64,000 nt of DNA, from positions 14,508,001-14,572,000 of the forward strand of contig OZ059896.1 in the NCBI GenBank assembly GCA_964057225.1. Direction: 5' to 3'. Shown here piece by piece: positions 13,417-27,849 of this stretch. Origin of the DNA: Auanema rhodensis (Eukaryota > Animalia > Nematoda). The position numbers were made by a program, and so were the translations under genes. Under the pieces are notes generated by a model that was given only the letters and a program-made list of their open reading frames with translations, did not search any database and was not told the DNA's origin. Position 1 is the first letter of the stretch, and the number at the start of each line of letters is the position of its first letter.

Positions 13417-14979
13417 AAACGAAATGAAGGAAGGAAATTCCGTTTTGAGGTGTTAGATCGGCTCAGTTCTATTGCTCAAATCCTCTCATCGTTTTGTTTT
13501 ATTTTTTCGCCAATGATCAGAAAACATCTTGCTGTAAAGTACATTTTTGCTGCTTTTCTCTCTCTTTCCTTTTACAGCTAGGTGCTTCTGATTTTGGCTT
13601 TTTCTCAATTTATGTCTCGCAATCATTCCATTCTATTCGCACGTTGTCCATGCACGTACGTACGACACGTTATCAGAATAGCTGTTGTCGTTGTCGTCGT
13701 CGGCATCAGCTTATTCTTCGAAGCTGCTGTGGTCGTCGCAGTATGACATCGACGTCATAACTATTTTCTCATTTTCACTTGTTTCTTGTCTCATTACATC
13801 CATTCTTTCGAGCTACTAATTGTTTCTCTCTAAAGAATCTGAAGAAGAAGAAGAAGAAGCCCAATTTAACATTTTCTTTCCCAAATTCCTTTCCATCCTA
13901 TCCCTAGCCTACCTTCAAACATCCTCAGCTTTCTTTTTGTTCTGTTGGCGTTTATCTCTCTTTATCTCTTTGTACAAAATTCTTCAAATTTCGAAGATAT
14001 TTCAATAATTGTGCTAATAACTATTTAATTTATTTCCGTAGAAATATAATTAATTATGAAAAAAATAACTGAAACAATCTTAGAAGCTAACTATAATTTG
14101 CCTTTTCGAAATTCAAAAAATAAACCAAACGTTGTGATTTGAACCAAAAAGAAACAACTCATAAAATACCATAATATGCGCTATATTCACACGAGTATTT
14201 GACATTGTCTTTGATTTCAAATAATAAAGATTTCCACGAGTAATACTTTGTTCTTATTTTCTTATACATACATATGTATGTACATACATACAGTTGTATG
14301 TACACATATAGTTAATTTTAGTTTAATTTTTCTACAATTAATATCTGGAGATATGTTACTAAAGATTGCATATCATATATATATATATTATTCTGATATA
14401 TAATAATATAAATCATAATAATCGTTTAAAAATGGAGAAAAAGATGTTGATGATGACAAATAAAGATGACATATACATACATATATTATATGTATTTATA
14501 TTTATATATGTGTTTAGTAGAACAGTCAAATAAAAATAATTTTGAATTGTTCTTTTCATGTCCCCCGTTTTCTTATGTACAATACGTGTTAGCTTTGATC
14601 TATTGTTTTGTCCTTAACTTCCTGCAAAATTGAAAAAGCGTTTAGGGCACATCTCGTGCCAATAACCCCTCTTTGTGAATTTTTTTCGTATAAATCCAAA
14701 ATAGTATCTTCAATATTAACTATGTTGTTATAAACAAATACGATGAACAACCAGTCTGTTGCGATTTTTAACTTGAAATGATTTCACAAATCATTTATGC
14801 TAATTAGTTTACGTGAAATTTCACGTGAAATATAATGAAAACTGTCATATGTCTGTTTAAAGTTTAATAATTGTAATTTAAATTATTTATTTCTTAATTT
14901 TGTTTTTTTTTTACGATGAAGTGAAATATTTACATATTACTAAAAACACTAAAATTTATGAGGGTAATAGATTAAACGA

Positions 14980-15085
14980 AAGAGAGAGAGGAGAGTGAGA
15001 GAAATAGAGAGAAAACAAGGGAGATAGAGATAGATAGAGAGAGAGAGAGAGAGAGATAGAGAGGTAGAGAGAGATAGAGAGAGAG
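14980..15085 (+). repeat. (AG)n/(AGAT)n microsatellite
   Basis: Visible directly as purine dinucleotide repeats. Confidence 0.85.
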
Positions 15086-16054
15086 ACTTGTTATTTTATG
15101 TTCAAGTACATCATCTGGTTGAAAATTTTTTTCCTTGAAATAATGTTTTAGTTTGAAAAAAAAGATTCATGACTCATGAAACATTCTTTCTAAGAATGAA
15201 CCTTAAAACTGAAAAATGTCAAAATTTCTTTTTACTTAGAATAAATAAGTTGAAAGAAATCGAATATACTGTGTGAAATAAGAACAAAAAGGTTGAATAT
15301 GAGGAAAAACAAGAAAAACTCATGAAATAGATGTAACTTGCATATAAATATTTTATCATAAACAAATTATTTTCAAGTTATACAAAGTTTTAATCTGATG
15401 TCTTTCAATCTCATTACGATAGCATGAAGTATTACTTTTAATCTTTCAGAATTTAGAAAATTACAAGTTAATCACCTTCCTATTTGTTGATTCAAACGAT
15501 ATTAAATTTGATTTCTTGGAAAAATTATCTGAAGGATATAATCATTTATTTAGATTTTTTCTTTGTATATTTACCCCCCCCCCTTTTATCTTCGAGCGAT
15601 AACATCATCAGCAAAAGCAGTAGTAGTAAATGTGGCTACATCATCAACAGGTGCAGCAGCATCATCACCGTGTGTCGTTCATTTTCTCCATGTCTGTCAT
15701 GCATTTTCTCTCCTTTTTCAACTTATCTTCTAATTTTAAGCTGACTGCCTGGTTGACTCATTTGGCTATCCATTTCTATCTTTTCTTCAACTTTCTTTTG
15801 TAAGTAACCAGATTAGGATCTACTGTGCATCCACGTTGACTTGCCTCCTCTCCTGAACAGGGAGCTCCTCCTACTTTGCTTGTGCTGTAACATCATCACT
15901 AACACGAAAAGTATTTCAAGCTTAATCGGGCTTCTTCACTTCTTTTTTATTTCGAATATTTCTATCTCTTTCAATCTCTTTCTACTTGAAAAAGTGGGAC
16001 TTTGAGGTAGAAATAACGAGAGGGAGAGAGCACAAAAGAAAGAAAGAAAGAAAA

Positions 16055-16238
<184 letters not shown>

Positions 16239-19200
16239 TGAGGTGGGCTCATGAGAAGAATAGCTGGTAAAAGTAGCTGAATGATGAAGATTCGGAGCAT
16301 ACTCTCTACAATTTCTTTCGTTCATTAACGAGATAATGCCGTTATCGTTGTAGATCCTTTTTTCTATCTACACTTCCAATGCAAGCGATCTAAGTATCTT
16401 CTCTGAGATCCATCTTCTTCGTCGTATTCTCTTATTTCTAAGACGAAAAACTTTTTTTGAGTTCGATAAGCTAAGAAAAACATTTCAGTCGACCTTCAAA
16501 CATTTTTTAAAAGTCTAATTTGTTTATTTTTTTCTTCAAATTTTTGTTATAAGTTTTTTTTTGTGCAAAAAAGGGAAACAAATAGATGAGGAAGTCGAAA
16601 GAAACTATGAAGAAGGTTCAACAAGGTTCATATCCTCGTCTGTTAATTTAATTTTCTCTCAAGCTGTTCATTTCTATACAAACATATTCAAAAGAAAATT
16701 AATAAAGATAAACCTACCTTTAATATTTCATTATATTGAACTTTTCTTACAAAATATGGGATGAAAGCTACATTCTATGTCTGTTCAGTTCGTTCCAATC
16801 TCAGCAACTTCTAAACGTTACAGCTCTTCATTGAAATTCACAAATTCCTATGATTGATTCTGAAAATGTATCTTTTCTAAGTTAGCAACAACTGAACAGA
16901 TTCATCGAATTCCATTTTTTGAAAAGTATTCATTACAATTTTCTAAGTTTTTCTTTTTCATTTCCCGTGGATCCTGATTTTTTAGGACTATTTATTGAGA
17001 GACATCAATGCCTGAAGCAATTTCCATTCTCAACTCTATTCCTATACTAGTGGTTAGTAAGCTCAACTAGGTTGACTAAAGGATCTCTTTCTCTCTATCT
17101 GTTCCTCTTTCTCTAACAAGCAGTATCAGCTTTTTCCTTGTTATGTTAGCCATAAATGCTTTGGTTTTTATGATTTTCAAATCAGTCGTCCAAAGTTGAT
17201 GGCCTGCTGAGCAATAAAGAAAAAAAGAAATTGATTTTGTCTAAAGGAAAATCTCAGAAAAAAACAAATGTTTTTTTCTTTTTTCTTTAAATATTTGATA
17301 GTATATCATATGTTTTTGAAAAAATTAAATGAAATATCTATGGATTACATTAGTTTGAAAATATATTTTTCGGTTTTGAAGAAATGTTATCCGTCCATTC
17401 GTTCATTCCGAGATGGTTATATGCAGATTCTGGTTCATTAGCTTAGTTTTCTAATGAAATACATCAATACACACACTGCGTAGATAATTAAAGACTTTTA
17501 AGTATTTAACTTCGTCTAAAATAAAATTGGAATCTATAGAAATGAATTTTTGAATGAAACTTCAGATTGAAAATATGTTATGAACAATAATGATCCTTAT
17601 AATATTTGTGTTTATAATAGTTTAGATATTAATTATTATTTATTTAAAAAAAGGAAAAGCTTTTGACAACAATAAGCAACATTCATATTATATATATATA
17701 TATATATATGTTTCCGTTAGGCTTCTGAATCAGCAGCAACGAGTTGCATCGAGTAAAGGGAGAGTGCAGGATGAAAACGAATAAAAGGACGGGGAATAGT
17801 TGAGCTTATTTGTATACAACACACATATACATGTATACACACATTATCCAAAAATGATATTTTGGCATTTTAACTTGAATCTCCCACCCCCTTTGCTTTA
17901 CCAAAGCTTCGTCTAATTACTAATCATTTGCTATTCTAACTATTATTTTTTTGTAAAAACCGTGTTTTTCGTTCAAATTGTGCTCATGATACGCTTGAGT
18001 AAACTGATTCGTCTGCTACAAGTACAGAAGAAGAATAAGAAGATGAAGAAAACGATGCAGATGATGATGGACTGATTGAAAATGAAATATAAATAGGAAA
18101 ATGTTGATTTGAAATAGACGATCACAAGATTGAAGATTATCGAGCACATGTTTAGATTTGTTAGCCTTTTCGGTCAAACTCTTTTTGAGTTTTTCATTAA
18201 GAATTAATCAAAATTAATTTATTTCTAAATGAGAGTTTCATCTTTATTTAAAGTTTTCCATAAAATGAGAAATAAAGTGAAATTCAGCATTTTTCCTTTC
18301 TTGATTTGAGAATCACATAAAATCGCAGGACAACTTTGTCTCTCCTCTTCTCTCTCTCTCTTTTTCTTTTTCCACTTTCTTCTGTCCATTTCACTTTCTC
18401 TCATATTGACCCCTAACGATAGCTTACGAAGAGAAATATTAGCAGCATGAAGCTTTGCCAAGTTGCTGTGATTCATGAGAGTGGATCCATCGTTCCTATA
18501 TATAAGTGGATCACAGCAACGGAGTTGTCATTAACTTACTACGAAAATATATGAAAAACAGAATATTCTGTGGCACAGATAACTAAACTAACTATATGTT
18601 ATATTTCTTGAGTCGTATGTATTTTTTGTTCATTCACTCTTCACTTATATTGCTATTTGTGATCTGAAAAAAGATCAGACAACCTGCTTTGTTACAAGTC
18701 TGCTTCTCATCATTTTACTTGTTCTATTTCTTTTCTTGCTACTGCCTTATCGGTCATTGCTTCGTCTGAGAATTTCAATCATATGAAAACGAGGCTAGAT
18801 GAGAATATAGAAGACCTGAGAACTCTATTCAATAGAAAGAGAGAGAGAGAGCAGAGAGAGATTTAGGGTAAAAGGGATGCTCAGGCATTTGTGAAGATGG
18901 GTGCGTGTTGGGTTGATAACCTTGTTTGTCTCTTGCTCGCATTCAACCTTACCCTCCACCCTCGACTATTTCTGGATTCAATGCCCTACCCTTCTATTCT
19001 CTTCTTCTTCTTCTTTCACAATTCTCATCAATCTCTACATTTTTCTTCTACTTTATTTTTATGTTTTTCAAAAAATGTGAGAAGAAATGAAAATAAAATA
19101 TTTGAAATAGTACGTGAACGTGTGTTACGTGAAATTTCACGTAACATGCATGTTAATTATTATTTTTCCTTTTATTACTATTTAACATACAAATCGGTTG

Positions 19201-20962
19201 TTTAATTTTCATTAATTCTTTTAATATTTTCTTAAATTTTCAAAATATTTTGCAAATTTTACTTATTTTCAGTAAGCTTGAATACAACATTGAGGTAGTT
19301 GCCGTTCTTCTATTCTCCCCTGCCATCTCATTATCAGAATTCCAACATTTCCTTGAAGAATGTTCATAGAGCAATTCTGACAAAACCTAGAAACCTTAGC
19401 TTCTTTTTCATGAAATAAGTAGGAAGAAAAAGGAATAGCAGAACGATAACAAGATTACTTCAACAGAATAAGGTGTAGAGCTTTGTGTCTGATTCTCTTC
19501 TATCTTATTAACATTTCGAAATTATGAAATTATCAAGATGTTATTATATATTTATTATTCAATCTTCAGCACATTTTATTTAATCGGCCCTTTATTACAA
19601 ACATAATTGCAGCATTTTTCGTGAAGAAGATGACTTTTTCAGTTATTTGACTAAAAATTCAAATTCTTCGATACTAAGTAAGAAGGATACACACTTTTTC
19701 TGTGGTCTATTTACGTTAACAATTCATGAACAAAAATGAAGAAAGAGATGAAGACGACGATGATGATAGACAACGACTACGTAGAGTGAAAACGTTAGCT
19801 TTCTTAAATCGACATGAAAACAGATGCGGACGTTGTGTGAAAATTGAACGGAAAAGCTTTATATTCCCTGTTTTTTCGGTTATTTTCGCACATTCTATTG
19901 TGGATGAAGTTCAAATACTGATTAGTATTGAATATAGACACAGCTGGAAAAAAAGAACATAAATGACGTGAGCAGCATAGATGAAAACTGTCGTTGATGA
20001 GGTCCAGAGAGTCATGACCACCACAACGCTGATGAGGTCGTGCGTAACAAATTCCCAAATGCCACAACTTTTCTTCTCATTATTATATGAGCTTGATATG
20101 GTTAATGATCATCAGATCATTTAGCTTACTTCATGCATCAGTAGATGTTATCTTATGAGCAGTGGAATCGTCTTGATTGTTTTGCATAATCATGATGTTC
20201 AAGTGAGTTTCAGAATCGTGTTCAGCCTGCTAACTCTTGTGTTGACGAGGCTGTGGCTTGGCAAGTTCTCGAAGCTCGCAATAATCATCAACAATCATTA
20301 TACTTCTGTTTCTTCGCTTCTTTTTAGGTGTTTGAGCTAATAATGCCTTCAAGAGCTCAGCATCAAGTTCTAATAGGCGGCAAAGTTCCTTTAGGCTTGC
20401 GGCTTGAAGGATTAGCTCTTAGCTAGATTCCCAGGTAATATTACATACTATCTAAACACAAATGTGTGATAACTACAAACAGCCTCATAACAATCATCTT
20501 GTTTTCTCTGCTGCATCGACATCGTCGGCATAGTTGGCGTTGTCGTTGTCACCATCTACATAGCCTCACGTTCCGCCCTTCTCTTTCTACTCTGCATTAC
20601 CCCTCATCTGACCAATAATTGTCCCCTCGTTCTCCTATTCTTTGCCAACGGCTTCTGTTCGCTTTTCGTCGTCATCAAACTTCTTGACTATTGTCTTCGT
20701 CGTTTTCTGCCCACCAATTCAAAGGCTAACTTCCGTCAATGACTGAGGTTATTTCAAAATTCATAAGGAGGATTGCATTTTTTGTCATTGTGAGTGACAA
20801 AATACAGTTTAAGTTGAAGAGTAAGATGCCTTGAAGCATCTAATATAGTTTATTATGAAACCTTTATAATCCCGCATATTGCTGAACATCAATTCTCGAA
20901 AAACATTTGAAAATCTGTAAAACATGCTTTAATAATTCCATTGTGCATATCTAATAATGAAT

Positions 20963-20966
<4 letters not shown>

Positions 20967-20999
<33 letters not shown>

Positions 21000-21055
21000 C
21001 CTCTGCCCGCCCCCTCTTTTCTCTCGCCCTCCTCTCTCTCTCTCTCTCTCTCTCT

Positions 21056-21106
<51 letters not shown>
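20967..21106 (+). repeat. (CT)n microsatellite, interrupted
   Basis: Visible directly. Confidence 0.92.
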
Positions 21107-21114
<8 letters not shown>

Positions 21115-22473
21115 CTCTTCATCAACTCAAACCATCTAAACTTCTTTATTTTTGATATTATGTTTCTTTTACTTTTTATCTCGTTTTATTTCGATTTTTT
21201 CTATTATATTTTATTTCTACTTCATCACTTCCTCATTCTTATAATCATAATCAAGAGCATAAAGCTGTCTTGCTCAGATTTGTGTTGTTTTTCTCTCCTT
21301 TTCTTATACGAGTTGAAAATATGTTTACCTAATTAAGAAAACAACAACCTTGCAAATTTTACCAAACTCATCAGAATCTTGTTCTAATGCATTTGTGTTT
21401 GTCGTCGATGAGATCGTCGTCGTCCTCCTCGTCGTCATCGCTGGCGTCGTCGCCCTTGTCGTCGTAGTCGTCACCATTCACTACTTCATTTTCAGTAATT
21501 TTTATCAAAAGAATCCGAAAAATCATAAATTTGCCAGGACTGACACATGAGACTGATAAGTTTGATTTGAAGTGAATTTCTAATTAAACCAACAAACAGT
21601 TTTTCCTGTTTTTCTTGAGATGTGCACTTAAACGGCTGAGATTTTCTTGATAAATTGAAAAATAAAAAACTTTCATAATTTTATATTTTTGTCACCAAAA
21701 ATGATATTATACATCTCTATAGCATATAATCATTATTGATTGCTCTTTTCAAAACTATTTTTCCATATAAAATTTTTTTTTTTTGAAAAAAAAAGACAGA
21801 GGTTTCAAATAACTGTTGGTTCATTCTATAAACTATTATTTTTTGAATGAAAACACTGATCACGATGTGATCAAAGTTGATGAAAACTATTGGAGCTCAA
21901 CGAAACGAGTTCAATCTCCTGCTCTATCTGTCTTTCTCCCTTCTATTTCGTTCATTCATTCCCTCTCATCTACCATTGGCTCTTTCAGTCATTTCAATCA
22001 AGCTGTTTCCTAGTTTTTTTTTATTTGAAACAACTTCAGTCTTGTATCGTCAATTTTGGAAACTTGATAAATCCATCACTCTGCTTTTCATTGTTTGTTT
22101 GAAAATATTTTTTCTTCTTTAAAAGTTCTGCTGCTTCTTGTCTTTCTTAATTCCGCTGCTTAACTCTCAAAGCACTTTTTTTGATTTGACAGAAGAAGGC
22201 AAAGATGAACTGGTTATTTCGAAAGTTCTGTTCTCGTACGCTCTTATGAATATTCATATTTCGTTTAATCAATTACATATCTTACGTGAACTTAATATTG
22301 TTCACGTGAAAACTCACGTTGTTCACGCATAGCTGTTTTCTTTTCTTTTTTTTGCAGATGCAACAATCGGTTGTCTAGTTGGTTAGCTTGTTTAACTGTT
22401 TCTATTCATTCACAAAGCTTTTTCTCTTTCTATCTTCCTCTCTCTTATTTCTTGTCACAAAGCTCTTTCTGGT

Positions 22474-22475
<2 letters not shown>

Positions 22476-22507
<32 letters not shown>
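22476..22507 (+). repeat. Short (CT)n microsatellite
   Basis: Visible directly. Confidence 0.75.
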
Positions 22508-22508
<1 letters not shown>

Positions 22509-23558
22509 TACTTAACTTTGCAATTCATGTACATTTACGTACAAATACCTATGTATATCTTTCTTATTAACAATGAATATTATCATTTTCACAAGTTTTA
22601 TCTTAATTTCTTAATTTTTCAATAAAACAAATCTTTGATATGCTCCTTTACTATACATATATAGTGAAATTGTAGCTGTGAACAAACATATGGTTCGTCT
22701 ATTCTCAAGTATATAATTATCGTTTACGAATTTGTTGTTTTTTATCTTTTCTTCTCCCTGAAAAAAAAAGAATATATCCACAAAAATGAACAAATGAATG
22801 AAGAATCTTTTTATTGAGTTTATATGCTAATTAAGATGATTTTTTCGATTTTACGATCAACAAACCAAATACAATTCTCGATTTTAATTTGGATTTTAAT
22901 GCTTCTTCACCTTGTGCTTCTGCTCTGAAATGTTGTGAACAAAAAAAATAGAAAAGGGAGATGAATCTGAAGCTGGAAGAATGTCTATTGCCTTCTCTTC
23001 TTTCTTCTTCCCTTTTTAGTAAAATCCTCAATTCACGAAAATTGTGCAACTTTTCTTTCTATTAAATTAGAACAACAAAAAAAAATTTTTTAACTCTCTA
23101 TGTTCATTTTAATTTTTAAAATTCTTTTTTTTTCTTTTTCTTTTTCTTCTTATTTTAATTTTTATTGACATACATATCTATGCTCTTGTTTCTTATTTCA
23201 TATACTTCATCATGTGCTTCTTACTCATTGTCGTTGTCTCATCGTTGTCGTTTACTTCCTCATTAACGTGCAACCAAATATCTTATTCGTTTTTCTATTT
23301 ATATATAAATCTATCCAAAGCTATATTATATAAATTATCTCTCTATAATGTCTTCTCTCTCTCTTTCTTTCATTCTCTTTATCCACGTATATATCGTTTA
23401 ATCGTGTATTTCTTTCTCTTTCCCTGTTTTTCTTTTTTTTTTCCTCAACTCTCGCATCTCATAACAAATCATATTTTCAGGTAATTGAAAGACATTTGTA
23501 GTAAAAGAAGATTTTTGGCCAAATAAAATAATAAATTTTTTATTAAAAAACCTACAGA

Positions 23559-26500
23559 ATGGATGATTATTATGATGAGATTATACCATTGTCTTTCTTT
23601 CGACAAGATATAACCATAGTTATCATATATTCTGTATTCTATGGACTTGTCTTTATTATTGGTTAGTTAACATATAATATATAATCTTATAATTATATTA
23701 AAAATATATATTGTTTAATTTATATTTATATTATTATATAATTATAATTATAATTAGTCAATATTTCATATTTAATTCATTTAAAGGACTGTTAGGCAAT
23801 GTGTTTGTTGTTCTGGCCGTTGTCTCACATGCTCAACTACGAAGTACTACTGATTATTTGATTTCTTCACTTGCTTTGGCTGATCTTCTTATAATTCTAT
23901 TTTGCCTACCAACTACACTACTTAATAATATCTTAACAGGTAAAAATTATAAAAAAATAAATGAGCAATGAATTGAGCGTATGTATTGAAGAAATCGAAG
24001 AAAGGGGAGGAGGGTATAGAATAATAACAAGAGAAGGGGATAGAACAAGAGTTATGCTTATTCATTTATCAACTTTTCAATGTTCAATCTCTTTGCAACG
24101 TAATTGGAAATTAAATTTTTTTTTCGTTCAGAATGGCATCTTGGTGTTCTATTCTGTAAAATGTCAACCTGGATCAATTCAACGACATCATGCGCTTCTA
24201 TCTATACTTTGGTGGCTGTTACAGCTGATAGGTAATTTCCGTTTTTTCTTGTTTTAGAACTTATTTGATTAGAAAAAAAGCTTGGAAGGAAATGAAGAGC
24301 ATGAACCGGAGCAGACTCATTTTTCCATTCGAAATTAATGAACAACATTAGCATTTGCTCAATAAAATTCTGAATTGAAATGTGGCATTTTTGAGCGAAT
24401 TTCATAAAAAAATTAAAGATGTACTTGAGAAAATTCATATAAAAATAAAGAAAATAATAAACAACCGTTTATTACAGCTTTTTCACGTAAAAATGAAAAA
24501 AACTGTACACGTATAGTTTACGTGTGATCAATTTCTTTAAAGAATCAATATTCAAATTTAAGTGAGAAATAATAAAAATTTCAGATATTTGGCCATTTGC
24601 CATACATTGAAATATACATTATGGGAAACAACATATACTTTATATGCAATTGGAGCTATTTGGATTATCAGCGGTGTTCTGGCTATACCCAATCTATTCA
24701 GTATGGATGAGGTATGAATCAAGAAAAGTTTTTATAGTTAAATATATAATATTTCATATTTTAGGTAAATATGGTATACAACAATCAAAATTTAACTGTT
24801 TGCATTGCAAGTTCAGATCAAAAAGTATAGTTTTATATTTTAAAAATTATTATTATTTTTTTTAAATTAATTATAATTTCAGTTACATTTTATAATTGTA
24901 AATTTAACATTGGCATTTGTTGTACCATTCTTACTTATATCTGTTTCATACACAAAAATCTTTATAACTGTTTCAAATCATCGAAGTTTAGCAGTTGATG
25001 CTCATGTAAGTTGAATAATTTCAAATAAAAATATATTGTCAACATCATTTTCTTCTTTTTTTCTTTCTTTTTCTAACTATTAGAACATTTTCTCATTCAA
25101 ATCGACATATATATTTTCGTCTTTTTTTTCTTCAAAATAATCAATTTTTTATTATTTATTTTTATTAAATATTATTATTATTATTACTGGAAAATCTTTT
25201 AATTTCATTTATTTCAGATACGTGATGAACGTGTTAAATTGCGTGTAGCTACAATGATGTTGACAGTAATTGTCTTATTTGCTCTCTGTTGGCTGCCCTT
25301 ATATGGTAAGCTAAAATCATTCATTTTTTTATTTTTTTAAATTTCGTTTTTTGATTTTTTCGTTTCTTCTTTTTCTTCAACATATATTGCTTTGAATTCA
25401 CTGTTTTCATAATTAATTTTCTTTTCATCATTCTTATATTCTACTTCTTCAATCTTATATAACTCAAGCGAATACTTGTGTCAAGTAAATTCATGAAAGA
25501 AATTTAAATAGAAGGAAGAAAACGTTTTTTTTCTTTCGTTCATTCTTGCATTCTTTGAAAATGAAAACAAGAAACTTGAAGTTATGTATGTGCAATGAAA
25601 CAGATGATAGGAAGTATGTGTTTGAAGAAGATGAATTTGCGTCGTGAAATTAGTTAAATTATAAGAAGCGACTTAAGCTTTCCATCCCATAACTCAGCTA
25701 ATCGTCATTCGTCAAAAGATTTTAAACCATTCATCGCATATAGCTCATGCTTACTAGTTATTGGATTTTTCATTTTTCTTTCTCAAAACGTATTCTTCTT
25801 TCTCTCTCCTCCCTGCCGCTCTTTCAACTCAGCTAGAAGGGAAGAGAAGGGGAACCAGCAATCTTTCAAAGCCAGTAAACCTGCTTGTCAGATAGTTTTG
25901 AAAAGAAAAAACTGAGCCAGCAATAAGGAGAACCAATTGAATGAAAGGAAAATGGCAGGGAGATTGCCAAAAGAAAATTTATTATTTTTTTTGAAAGAAA
26001 AATTAGCTAAAACTTGAAGAAGACAGTGAGATTATGAATTATCAAGCAAGAAACAACCTCATTTCAGGTATTTACATCTATTTCTTCTTTTTTGCTGATC
26101 ATACATCACATACATTTGTTATCGCATCACAGGTATATAGTTAGCTAATTATATTAATAATATATATTTATATATTTATAATAATAACAATTAATTTATT
26201 ATAAATTTCAAATAATAAAAAAAAAGAAAAATTTTCAATATTTAAAAATAATTTTTAGGTTTTACGACCATTATTCCAATGGTTAGCCTTATTAAGCAGT
26301 TCATTGAATCCTTTCATATATATAGCCTATAGTCAGAAATATCGTAGAGCTTTTCATAGAATTTTGCTTTTACCATGTCGTTCAAGGTATTCTTTTCATT
26401 TTTTTTTGATTTCGAAAATGTTTTTCTTTCTAAGATATGAAAGAGTACGAGGCACTTTATTACGAACACATGATACTTCTTCATCACAAATGGGACAATT

Positions 26501-26786
26501 TAAAAAGGTTTTTTTTTGTTTTTTTTTAAGTTTAAAACAAAAAAATTTATATTGATTGATTAATTAATTACTTTATTTAAATTTGTTTTAGAGTTCATTG
26601 ATGGATGTGAGTTCAAACTGTGTCGGCGCTTCAACAATGGCATCTGTTGTTATGGATGGTTCAGCCTCACCAATGCTCACAATATTAGAAAGTCCAAAAT
26701 CTGATAGAAAAAACGGTACAATAATCTACAAACTAAAAAAAAGTATGTGTTATAAAAATATTTTAGAAGCAGAGTCAAGCGGATGA
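23559..26786 (+). CDS. npr-35: Class A (rhodopsin-like) neuropeptide GPCR, npr-35-like, about 11 exons
   Basis: MDDYYDEIIPLSFFRQDITIVIIYSVFYGLVFIIG | LLGNVFVVLAV...LALADLLIILFCLPTTL | ...CKMSTW...YTLVAVTADR | YLAICH..., TM6 FALCWLPLY, TM7 SSSLNPFIYIAYSQKYRRAF. The GPCR call is firm; the symbol is from recalled similarity to C. elegans C50F7.1 and needs a BLAST check. Confidence 0.8.
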
Positions 26787-26868
26787 AAACAGAGTAACCG
26801 GTTATGGAACACGTCAATGAAGCCAAATACAATCTGTGATTCTGATATCTTACACTTCTTCAGTATTA

Positions 26869-26872
<4 letters not shown>

Positions 26873-26921
<49 letters not shown>
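26873..26921 (+). repeat. (CT)n microsatellite downstream of the GPCR stop
   Basis: Visible directly. Confidence 0.85.
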
Positions 26922-27849
26922 AACATCACATCATCTTCTTTTTCCTCAGGCATATGCTAGCCTTATCATAGGGAACATCAGAAGGTTCACGTGTTCATGA
27001 ATGAGATTACTTGATCGGTTAGTCCTCGAATACCTTACCTGTTACAATCCATAACTGCTCAATCATTCCGCCTATCACAAAACTTGCCTGAATATCATAT
27101 AACGTAATCAAGTTTCAACAAAAAGAACATTGCCAACCTTTTTTTAATTTTTTTATTAAAAAATTAAATAAAAAGAATAGAAAAAATGAAATGGGATTTA
27201 TAAACTATATGATAATATTTGCTCCTCACTTTAATAATAGTTAAATATATTTATATTTAAAAATATTTTTTTATATTTTATGTTCTTATTGTATGTTCTG
27301 GGTACGAAGTTACGAGTAAACTATTTGTTTTTTTTTCTTTTGTTTTCAATATGTTTTCCACATTAAATTATTTGAATTTAAAGAAAATTTTACATTTTCT
27401 TCATAAAAAAACAAAATAAATGAAAAAAAAAGAAAAGAAAATAGTATAATAAAGAATACTATACACATATATATATTTTAAATTTAATAGTAAATAAATA
27501 TATAAAGTACTATTATTTATTTTAAACTTTTATATAAAAGAATTAAATTTATTTCTTAACTTTGCTTTTCAATTTTCTTTCTCGTCTATAGCAATCATTT
27601 TATCTAAATCTGTCTTTTCCATTAAAGGAAAGCAGATAGACAAAAAAGAAATGACAAATGTAGAAATCCTCTCTCGGGGCTGATTCTAACTATCGATCCA
27701 ATTACCTGACAAGCAGACTTCTATACTAGTCAATTTTCCAAAATTTCAGCTTACATTCCTTAACCTAATCCCAGCAAACTCAAATCTGACAGGGACTGTT
27801 CTATTCGTTCAAAACTTAGTTTTCAATATATGAGTAATGGAATAACTCT

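Noticed and set aside
19291-19331. let-7-family seed TGAGGTAG with a partial complement nearby (also at ~16003)
   Set aside because: The hairpin is too short and poorly paired for a pre-miRNA.
20334-20424. Imperfect hairpin containing degenerate TTAGGC-like units
   Set aside because: Only one exact telomeric hexamer and two 8-bp stems; not distinguishable from chance.
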